20,000 bases of DNA from an uncultured virus (IMG/VR IMGVR_UViG_3300028854_000017) (lineage: Duplodnaviria > Heunggongvirae > Uroviricota > Caudoviricetes), in IMG/VR virus record IMGVR_UViG_3300028854_000017; one strand, 5' to 3'. The number at the start of each line of letters is the position of its first letter. The first letter of the stretch is position 1. Below the pieces are notes generated by a model. The model did not search any database. It was given only the letters and a program-made list of their open reading frames with translations, and was not told where the DNA came from. Position numbers and translations under genes: made by a program. Of this stretch, positions 1-8,500 are shown piece by piece.

Positions 1-100
1 ATACAAACAACCCAACCGAAATGACTGCCAACGATACAGCTTTTCCATCTGTAACCAGTGGTAATACAGTCGGCATTTGCATAAGCATGAGGTCGGGCAT
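1..100 (-). CDS. N-terminal fragment of a probable small membrane protein (possibly holin-like); runs off the window edge
   Basis: Manual translation from ATG at 100 gives MPDLMLMQMPTVLPLVTDGKAVSLAVISVGLFV, open to the edge. GAAGGTG lies 6 nt upstream and the gene starts just after the previous stop. AVSLAVISVGLFV is hydrophobic. The holin idea rests only on its position after the fibre genes. Confidence 0.5.
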   Translation of the reverse strand, partial: MPDLMLMQMPTVLPLVTDGKAVSLAVISVGLFV

Positions 101-113
101 GATATACACCTTC

Positions 114-782
114 TTAGAAGAATATAGAAAAACTGTAAACTGGTATTATCGATTTCGTATCGTTAGATAGTTTGAAGACGAATCTGTTATGTGTATCAGA
201 CAATTCGATAGACGGACCACCATCTATAAACGTATCACCACCATCAAAACTATATTGTAGCGATAACCCTGAAAAATCGTAAGTATCACCAGCTTCAATA
301 TTCACATTTAATTGCTTAACGTCACCTGTAAAGATTGGATGGAATGTTAAAAAACCGCCATCTGGGATTTGAACACACTTTACGTTGAATGCCGCTGCAT
401 GAATGTCATCCAATGATGATGAATCTAGAAATTCATCAAACCAATATTGCTTTCCGTTAGCCAATGTATTGTACTTTGCGTTGATTACGTCTTGCACATT
501 TATTGATGATGGGTCTGATAATAGATTCGCTTGCCGCGTCTTAACTACCGGCTCCATAGATGGAACATTTTCGCGATAATTGGTTGTTGCCGATATCACC
601 TCAACCCCATCGCTTTTAAGAAACAGTAGACGTCCTAGCGAGTCTATTTTTTGTGTATATACAGTATGCGAAACTGACACAGATTTTATAGAATCTGGGC
701 AATGTATGAAAGCTCCATTGCCCTTCCCGTTTCCAACATCAACACTCGCGATCCGAAGATTACTGTCAAAAAATACGTTCAT
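114..782 (-). CDS. Hypothetical protein, probably virion-associated (fibre accessory), 222 aa
   Basis: Co-directional ORF 10 nt after the fibre gene, with TAAGGA SD-like site overlapping the upstream stop. The C-terminal half looks beta-rich (LSLQYSFDGGDTF..FVFKLSN). No family recognised. Confidence 0.65.
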   Translation of the reverse strand: MNVFFDSNLRIASVDVGNGKGNGAFIHCPDSIKSVSVSHTVYTQKIDSLGRLLFLKSDGVEVISATTNYRENVPSMEPVVKTRQANLLSDPSSINVQDVINAKYNTLANGKQYWFDEFLDSSSLDDIHAAAFNVKCVQIPDGGFLTFHPIFTGDVKQLNVNIEAGDTYDFSGLSLQYSFDGGDTFIDGGPSIELSDTHNRFVFKLSNDTKSIIPVYSFSIFF

Positions 783-792
783 TGTCTAATCC

Positions 793-3700
793 TTAATAAC
801 GAACAATAGGTCTGTTTTGAAGTCTGAAAATATCGATGGCAGTCGTTACATTGGTTTGCCCATTCAGCTGACTTGATGTTGATGTGTTGTAGGTATTTAT
901 TACAACCATAACGATTTCACCCTTAATCAAATCAGGTATAACTGGTGTTATTCCGTTATTTTGTAGGTCGCCAGAAGCAACCGCTAAGAACGCTCCAACA
1001 ACACACTTATTAACAGCTTGAGTTTGAATGGAATTAGCAATTACGCTGTCATACCCATAATTATCAACATACCGTTGTAATGTGTTGATACCCCTTATGC
1101 TGTACGCTGCAGCTGTCAACTGCGAGATAAGAATTTGAGAGCCAGATATGTTAATGGTTGATGAGTTACCCTCAGAGCCAACCAATCCAGCGGTTGATGT
1201 GGTTAAGAGAGGTGAATTGTCATATCCGCTGATCGTAAAGTTTGTTCCACTGCAGGCCCATTCACCAATGGTGTTTGTTCCGTCGTTAGATGGCATCGGA
1301 AGGTTAACCAAAGCGCCATTAAGTAGATCAGAAACAACTGTATTTCGTCCACCAGTTCCCAAGGTGTTGATGTATAGAGTAATCGGTGTCAAAGCCTTGA
1401 GATGATACGCAATCGGCGTACTGCCCTGACTAGCGATTATTCCTTGATAAGCCTTGAAATTGTACCACAATTTCAATGTATCGGTCGGGTTACCACCTAC
1501 AACAATTTCAAACTGGCGAAGTGGGAAATCACATGCACCCATGAACTTATTTGTCTTAACCACACGGTAGTTATTGGTATCGGATATGTAGATACCACCA
1601 ATCGTGTCCAGAAAGAAACCAGTTGGATGGTTCAGATGTGATGTATCGGTTCCAACAATGCCTGTTACGCCATATTGTCCGACATAAATAAGGTTGTTGT
1701 TGAGCCTTACGATTCGATGATTATTAGTGTCGGCTACATAGATGTAGCCATCAGCGCCATATTCTATATTGGATGGGCTGTTAAGTGCGTAGTTGCTCGC
1801 TCCGCTTGTCAAAACAGAACCAAACCTGGCAGAGAAAGAACCACCACTGGTATATCTGGCAACACTATGCCCTGTCGTGATCCAGTAATTTCCAGAAGCA
1901 TCCACTGTCACACAATTTATAGCATTAGCCAATCCAGTAACCGGAGTTGCGCTGTATGTGAACGAACTTAGATTAACTTCAACCACGCGATTATTCAAAC
2001 TATCGGCGATAAAAAGGTTTGTGCTGTTTATATTCATCCCAAGCGGCGTGTTCAAATGTGAAGAATCAGAGCCAGCAACACCAGTGTTGAAAAGCGGTGT
2101 TCCAACAATAGCTAACGAGTTCGATAACTTAACAAGTCTGTGGTTCATAGTGTCAGATATGTAAACATTGTTACTGCTATCGATTGCAATTCCTTGAGGG
2201 CTATTGAGATGCGATGTATCGTTTCCAGATACGCCTGTTTGACCAAACTGTGCTTGGAATACAAATGCCGAGCTATACTTCAATATTCTGTGGTTTCCAG
2301 TATCGACTACAAAAATGTTTCCAGCTGTATCGGTTGCAACCCCGTTTGCCAAAGCAAAATTGTTATTGCCTGTTCCAACATTTCCAGTACCGATTACACC
2401 TACAGTGTAATCTGTGCCTGATATATTGGCATCCTGAGCCACAATGTTGTATGGGCGATGGTTTAACCCATTTCCAGCTGGATAGTAAATCCCGAACACA
2501 GAAACTACTCCATTAGCTAACGCAGCGGCAGACCATTGCGTTCCGGGAGTAATTCTAAACGTCGAGCTAACTGTTCCCAACCCGCTCCATACACCTGTCA
2601 CTGCGATACCAGTACTGAACTCATAAACAATGATTGAATATCCGTTCGGAAAACCACCAGCATCAGATTGATTAGTGCTATTTGTCATTGTTTTTATAGC
2701 AGCGCCAGTCGGATTCTTAAGACCACTGGTGCTGAGTGTAAACAATAAAGGTGATGATGCACTGTTTACTGTTTGTGTCGCTGTAACAGTCAAAAGAGCA
2801 GAGTTTAGAACTTTATTCGTTCCGATAGATATCGGGCTGCTGTTTTGTTTAAATAGATTGGCAGCACCAGTTGTAGTTCCGGCGTATACATTGTAATATG
2901 AAGCCCCGGTTACTGCTGCAGGGCTTGAGATTGTCAGCGTTCCGTTAGTACCCATTGCCAAAGAAGCTTCATTAGCGCCATTGGTTTCATATAAGCCAGT
3001 TGCATCTGTACAGTAGGTCAAACGAACATATATTGTTATTCCGTTTAATGTTCCACCAGCCGAAGCAGCGAGTGCTGGAACAGCTGGAGGATTAACATTC
3101 CAAGGTAGTAAACTCGCCGTAGGAATAACAGTAGCAGCCGTGTAGTTCCATTCAGTTTGCTGTAAAACAGCAGCATCGGAATAGATTCTGCGTTGATAAT
3201 TGTATTGAGAGAATCCCAAGTAGTACGGCACAGATGAAGAATTCAACTCTTGAGCAATTAATGGAGCCGTGCTTCTATAAGCAGCGTCGTTACCAGTACC
3301 GTCTCCAACACCAAAAAGACTGTTCGAATTACCTCTTAAAAGCTTGTCGAAATTGTCTTGTAACAAGGATGGAAAATCCCATTGCTGTTGTATTAGAGCT
3401 TGGTGTCTAAGACTTAAAAGGTCTCCAACCACAATTTGATCGGCATAAAGATGATCAGGTCGTCCCGAAATTCCAGAAGCAATCGTTCCACCACTAGGAC
3501 CAGACGCCGCACATCCATCTCTGTTTGAATCAGCATAAATACCAGTATTTCTACGATATATAGCAGCGATAGGAATAGCGTATGAATATCCGTCGATTGT
3601 TCCCAATGTCGCCTTAGCTGTAGTTGAACCGTCACCAGCCACGTATAACCCCGGATCGGTAGCAGATACGGAGAAAGTATAAGGAGTAGCAGCTCCTGAA

Positions 3701-4380
3701 GCACCGAAAGCCTTCACAACAGATGTTTGACTAACGCCATCAGGATACGTATCTATGTTTACGCCTTGAGCAATCTGAATAGCGTACTGAATTTGCCACC
3801 GGCGATTGATTTCCATATCAACTTCTGAAATGTCGTCAGTAGCATTTGTTCCAGCGTATTGAGTATTTCCATAAAGCCAAAGATGTGTTGCATCAGGTTT
3901 ATTTGATGTATTCGAAATGGTCGCCGACGTTCCACCCAATTCGGCTATCCAAACTTCAAGATATGCGAGGTCTATTCTATTTCCGGTGGTCGGTGGCGCA
4001 GGCAAAGTTATGTTGCTACACGTTCCAGTTGTTCCAGCTGTATTGGTAATAGGAATTTTCCATCCATTCACCAATCCAAGCATATTTCCAAGCCGTATTT
4101 GATTAGATAATGGAATTCCGTTTGTGGTTAGAACCATCAGTTCGCCGTCGGCATCAGCGGTGGTAGTCGTCTCTATAAGCGAAACTGATTTGATCTTGGT
4201 GATAAACCCACTAGGAGACATAGAACGATAAATCTCTTGATCTGCTTTTATGCGTAGCCAGTCTTTAATGTTGTATTCTTTGGTGGACGCTGGACAGCCC
4301 AAACCCCAAGGGTTCATCACGACGTTCGTGTTGCTGATAGATTGTTCCGTAGTTATATCACGGCTTTTTGACCAGCTCAT
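793..4380 (-). CDS. Tail fibre / adsorption-associated baseplate protein with an Ig/FN3-like domain and six NHL repeats, 1195 aa
   Basis: The N-terminal LVNGW...ITLPAPPTTGNRIDLAYLEVW and YSYAIPIAAIYRRN segments resemble phage tail attachment domains. Composition is T/S/G/N-rich, the NHL repeats are clear, AGAGGA lies 6 nt before the ATG, and the gene sits downstream of the wedge genes. Confidence 0.75.
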   Translation of the reverse strand: MSWSKSRDITTEQSISNTNVVMNPWGLGCPASTKEYNIKDWLRIKADQEIYRSMSPSGFITKIKSVSLIETTTTADADGELMVLTTNGIPLSNQIRLGNMLGLVNGWKIPITNTAGTTGTCSNITLPAPPTTGNRIDLAYLEVWIAELGGTSATISNTSNKPDATHLWLYGNTQYAGTNATDDISEVDMEINRRWQIQYAIQIAQGVNIDTYPDGVSQTSVVKAFGASGAATPYTFSVSATDPGLYVAGDGSTTAKATLGTIDGYSYAIPIAAIYRRNTGIYADSNRDGCAASGPSGGTIASGISGRPDHLYADQIVVGDLLSLRHQALIQQQWDFPSLLQDNFDKLLRGNSNSLFGVGDGTGNDAAYRSTAPLIAQELNSSSVPYYLGFSQYNYQRRIYSDAAVLQQTEWNYTAATVIPTASLLPWNVNPPAVPALAASAGGTLNGITIYVRLTYCTDATGLYETNGANEASLAMGTNGTLTISSPAAVTGASYYNVYAGTTTGAANLFKQNSSPISIGTNKVLNSALLTVTATQTVNSASSPLLFTLSTSGLKNPTGAAIKTMTNSTNQSDAGGFPNGYSIIVYEFSTGIAVTGVWSGLGTVSSTFRITPGTQWSAAALANGVVSVFGIYYPAGNGLNHRPYNIVAQDANISGTDYTVGVIGTGNVGTGNNNFALANGVATDTAGNIFVVDTGNHRILKYSSAFVFQAQFGQTGVSGNDTSHLNSPQGIAIDSSNNVYISDTMNHRLVKLSNSLAIVGTPLFNTGVAGSDSSHLNTPLGMNINSTNLFIADSLNNRVVEVNLSSFTYSATPVTGLANAINCVTVDASGNYWITTGHSVARYTSGGSFSARFGSVLTSGASNYALNSPSNIEYGADGYIYVADTNNHRIVRLNNNLIYVGQYGVTGIVGTDTSHLNHPTGFFLDTIGGIYISDTNNYRVVKTNKFMGACDFPLRQFEIVVGGNPTDTLKLWYNFKAYQGIIASQGSTPIAYHLKALTPITLYINTLGTGGRNTVVSDLLNGALVNLPMPSNDGTNTIGEWACSGTNFTISGYDNSPLLTTSTAGLVGSEGNSSTINISGSQILISQLTAAAYSIRGINTLQRYVDNYGYDSVIANSIQTQAVNKCVVGAFLAVASGDLQNNGITPVIPDLIKGEIVMVVINTYNTSTSSQLNGQTNVTTAIDIFRLQNRPIVRY
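1555..2400 (-). repeat. Six tandem NHL repeats (predicted 6-bladed beta-propeller) within the 1195-aa protein; boundaries approximate
   Basis: FALANGVATDTAGNIFVVDTGNHRILKY; LNSPQGIAIDSSNNVYISDTMNHRLVKL; LNTPLGMNINSTNLFIADSLNNRVVEV; a degenerate AINCVTVDASGNYWITTGHSVARY; LNSPSNIEYGADGYIYVADTNNHRIVRL; LNHPTGFFLDTIGGIYISDTNNYRVVK. These match the NHL consensus PxGIAxDxxGxxYVADxxNxRI. Confidence 0.92.
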
Positions 4381-4386
4381 AGTAAT

Positions 4387-4429
4387 TCCTCTTTAACTGA
4401 TAATACGAAATTTTCGGTGCGTTTACCAA
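4387..4429 (-). promoter_or_regulatory. Ribosome-binding site and possible internal promoter upstream of the fibre gene
   Basis: Minus strand: TTGGTA (4429-4424), 18-nt spacer, TATTAT (4405-4400), then AGAGGA (4392-4387). The RBS is credible; the promoter is a weak match only. Confidence 0.3.
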
Positions 4430-4454
4430 CCTTAATATGTACTACCAGTTCTAT

Positions 4455-5000
4455 CTAAAATGTGAAATAAATCTTTCTGCTTAAAGAGAGCGTGTCATCA
4501 ATTGAAAGTGGCGCGTGTGGCACGTAATCCATCATTAATCCGCTATTTGGTAGATTGGCTTGAAATCCGCTAAATATCCCAAATTCAGTGAGAATAACAG
4601 TCGAACCTTGGCTTAATTCACCCTTCACCCAACTAGCCGTCATCATAATGCGATTAGTAGGAGATGTTGTAATGGCGTTGTTTTGATCTACAAAGCTGAT
4701 AGTACACTGCTTTCTTGTATATTCATTGACAAGAGTGGCAAGATTAGGACTTTGTGTTTGGGAACCGATTCCAACGGCCCAAAAGCTATTATTTCCAGCA
4801 TAGAAACCCTGAATCAAGCCAGCCACTAGAGTGCTTATTCCAACCGTAATTATGTTGTGACGAATGGGAGTAACGATCTTCTCTACGATACGACCAATTT
4901 CGTCATATCGTATGATTTCATCCTGATATTCGCCCTTAATAGTGGACTTAATATCAACATTTACTTCCAATCCATCATTAGTTTTTATCATGTTCTTCAT
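4455..5000 (-). CDS. Small baseplate / fibre-attachment protein (tail-collar-like fold), 181 aa
   Basis: The pattern HNIIT..G...AVGIG......TLVNEYTRK...LTEFGIFSG...L...RKIYFTF resembles standalone phage baseplate proteins related to the N-terminal attachment domain of P2 gpH-type fibres. It lies between the wedge and fibre genes. The start could instead be the ATG at 4991. Confidence 0.7.
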   Translation of the reverse strand: MKNMIKTNDGLEVNVDIKSTIKGEYQDEIIRYDEIGRIVEKIVTPIRHNIITVGISTLVAGLIQGFYAGNNSFWAVGIGSQTQSPNLATLVNEYTRKQCTISFVDQNNAITTSPTNRIMMTASWVKGELSQGSTVILTEFGIFSGFQANLPNSGLMMDYVPHAPLSIDDTLSLSRKIYFTF

Positions 5001-5002
5001 GT

Positions 5003-5545
5003 TTAATTCCCAAAATTACCAAATGGAGTTTGAAGCACGATACCTGTGTAGTTAGTTCTTTGATTATCCTGTGCAGTAACCCCTTCGTCTGTCACAACTG
5101 AAGGGTCTGAGGACTTAATAGCTGTTGCGTTTCCCAAATCGTCTACTGAAACCGAAGCAGGAGTCTCGTACTTCCTAATTTTAGAACCTGTTGAAACACT
5201 AGCTGTTCCTATTCCTTGAATAACCGTCGATGGAATAACGATCGGTCTTCCCGCCGAACCCAAGGCTGGAATGTTCAATGAAGGATCGGGGTCCGTTATA
5301 GTCAATTGTTGTCTAAACACATAACTCGATTGATCACCATTTACCACAGTAATATCATATATCCCAGCGGGGATATATGGAAGAACGAATTTAGCCATAA
5401 AAGAGTTGGCATAGTGGCATGGTATTCTAACCATATTAATAATCACAGCTATAGGGGCTACAAAACCTGTTCCACCTATGGTTATCTCGGCAGATTTGCC
5501 AGTCATAAACGAAGCATGTGAAATAGAGTTTACAAGAATCGCCAT
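5003..5545 (-). CDS. IPT/TIG (Ig-like) domain protein, about 180 aa; start revised from 5554 to the ATG at 5545
   Basis: ILVNSIS...EITIGGTGF...V.IN...KFVLP.IPAGIYDITVVNGD fits the IPT/TIG consensus. The ATG overlaps the upstream stop as TAATG, suggesting translational coupling. Confidence 0.75.
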   Translation of the reverse strand: MAILVNSISHASFMTGKSAEITIGGTGFVAPIAVIINMVRIPCHYANSFMAKFVLPYIPAGIYDITVVNGDQSSYVFRQQLTITDPDPSLNIPALGSAGRPIVIPSTVIQGIGTASVSTGSKIRKYETPASVSVDDLGNATAIKSSDPSVVTDEGVTAQDNQRTNYTGIVLQTPFGNFGN

Positions 5546-8500
5546 TATTCCCAACCCCCAGATTGTGCTGCAACATCAAAAACACCAACATTTATTGGAT
5601 CAGCGTTAACAGGGGAAACATCGACACCGTTGATAGATGTGGTTTGTATAGCTGTGTTTGGATTCTGTGGAACATATACTGTCGGCTGTAAAATAACAGC
5701 ACCTACAATTTGGTCAGGGATCACTGTCGATATAACATTGTTATTTGGAGATATGTTCAAAGGACCATTCAAACTACCAATTGTTTGAGAGGATGGAACT
5801 TGAGTGGGTGTTGTGGATGCTGGAATAAATACCGTCAACCCCATCCAGCTAACCGAGCCATACGTACCAACCGAATCAACCACAGTAACCACATATCCAC
5901 CAGCTGTAACACTTGGGACTACGAAATTTAACTTTGTTGTGCTCACATAGGTTGTTGTACACGCCGTAGCTCCTACATATACAGTAGACGTACTCGCAAA
6001 ATTATTCCCAAATACTGAAGAAGTGCTCAACGTATCAACAAGCGCTGGCGAAACATAAGAAATAGACATCGCCGCTGGCGGTGTTGGAGGAGACGCCGGA
6101 GATGGGGTTGGAACAAATGTCTTTTGAAGCGCTCCGAATCCGTTTTGCGTCATTATGATGATTCCGGTAACTGTGGCAGAACTTAAAACCACCAGTACTG
6201 GATATCCAATACCGTCGAAACCACTAATCGAAAGTATATTCGCTTCAACACCACCAACCAGAATGGAAAATCCAGCATCCCTAATCGGATTATACGAGTC
6301 TATTTCTAATGTATATTGGTCTCCGGAATGTCCAGCGACAGCTATAGTATCCAAGAAACTAGGCACATATGTATCAACAGTGAAACTAGTTAACGCTGTC
6401 TGTTGAAAGCTGACGCCAATATCATTCTGTACTATAACGAAATAACGATCAGCCAATGTGTATTCATAAACATGTATCTTGCAACGAATATAAGTATCGG
6501 TTACCGTGTCGATTCCAACCACATCAATTAGCGGTACTTCACCATTCTGATTAGATAAAACAACACGTACAGCACCAACAATTGTAGATGTTAGAGCGCG
6601 TCCACCAACAAATCCAGAACCGTAAATTTCAAGTACGTGAATAGCATCCATCTCGGTCGTACTTGGCGTATTTCCATTTCCATCCAAATAAATACTCGTA
6701 ACATTTGGAATATCCAAACCGCCACACGTCGGCGATAAGACTTGTGGATTAACCGATATATGTATAGTCGCTGTTGTTGTTAAACCAGTTGAACTGGTGG
6801 CAGTTATCTTAAAATCTTGCGTTCTATCTGGGTATATGACAAAGCTAGCCAAGCCTAGAGGAAGATTTTGTCCACCAACAAAATCTCCTGTCACATTAAC
6901 AGCGCCAGTTGTCTGCCACGAAACCGTAACAGGGTCTCCCACATTGACGCTTGCCGAAGATATGCTGGTTGATATAAATTTTGCCCCTGCATCAACATTC
7001 ACAAATCCAGCAGCAACAAAACTAGAATAATTATTTTTTCCATTAAACCTATACATCGTATTGGTAGTTGGAAACGCCGTGTATTGAGCGTTATTCGCGT
7101 TGGATAGCAAAGTAGTTTGATTCTGCGTTGGTCTGGCACCGTTTACAGAAACGACAGAGTCGCTAAAAGCATACAACGTCACCTGTTCAACCGAATAAGC
7201 GTTGTACGCAACGTTTGAACTTTGCCCAAGTTGGACTATGGCTGGTTTACAAAGTATGGTGATCTCGTTGGATACAGCTGTTGAAACATTGACAGTAATG
7301 TCGCTAATTACAACCGCTCCACCATACCCAACGACATACAAACGATAACTGGTACTGCATGTTGGCATCACCAACATGGTGCCTGCATCAGCAACACTGG
7401 TCGATATCATGGTGGATAAATCTGTAATCGAAACGCTGAATGCATTAGAAGTATTCCAGCACAACCCTATTCCATCTGCATAACCGACAGTGATAGATGT
7501 GGAAGACTCGGCAGACATCGAAATGTCTGCATCATACGCAGTGAATTTATTAATCACCGGAGCGTCAACCGAAAGCAAATTGCCAGATGCTTTTAGTGTC
7601 AGTTGTGTACCGTGATTCGCTACGACAATATTGTATACGTGCGATGCTGACAATGTTTCCGGAGTTGTATAATCCCAATTCAATTGTAAATCTTCGTTAA
7701 GAACTGAAACTCCATCAATAGAAGCTGTTCTAACGTTATTCACATCTATGGTTAACACAGCTTTCGTTGTTTGAGATAGGTTTAAAGGAATGCTATCAAT
7801 TGGTGCGATTGTCCCACCATTACTCGTGATTTGGAACGTGCGCCCATAATGATACCAGTAATCCCAATCGCCCTCTAATGGGTAGATTCCGGCAGCGTTG
7901 AAGGTTACAGGAACTTGTGAATTTCCTTGTTGACCTCCCTCACCTCCAGATTGCGCAGCTGGAAGTAATGGATAACCACCAATCACAGTCTTTGTTTGAC
8001 CTGATGTGCCAGTTATTGAACCACGCCCTGCCCACGTGCAATTCCCACCTATTCCCCAAATAATGCTGTCTTTATAAAATGCACCTATATCATATGTTCC
8101 AGCAGCCGGGACGTACAAATAAGCCAATATACAGCAGTTAAAGTTGCTGTATCCTCCGCCACCAGTAAGCGACGGGTCGAATAGATTTTTCGTTCCTATT
8201 TGTATACCAGAGCTGTTCAATATAGTCCATTGTACCGGGCTTGATATAGAGCCGTATGGATTTTCGTCAAAGAGCAACGAATTTCCAACCGTCATTCCAT
8301 CTGCATCAGACAACACACGAGTGATTCCATTTGCGTACAAGTCGGAAACATTCTGCCATATATATGCACTTACCGATCCACTATGTGGCGAATCACCCCA
8401 ATAGTATGTAAGAACAGAACCAAACAGATATATTTTACTTAATACTGATGTAGAACTTAGCGGTAAGAAGGCGAAAGGCGGGGTGACACCAATATCGTAA

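Noticed and set aside
793..1100. Diversity-generating retroelement target or invertible fibre-tip cassette
   Set aside because: I saw no reverse transcriptase, invertase, template/variable repeat pair or flanking inverted repeats in this window. A distant template repeat cannot be excluded.
5543..5590. Programmed -1 frameshift fusing the 2412-aa protein to the 180-aa protein
   Set aside because: The -1 frame is open for only about 10 codons before the overlap. A slip at GTT TTT would hit TGA immediately, and no canonical X XXY YYZ heptamer is present. TAATG coupling explains the junction.
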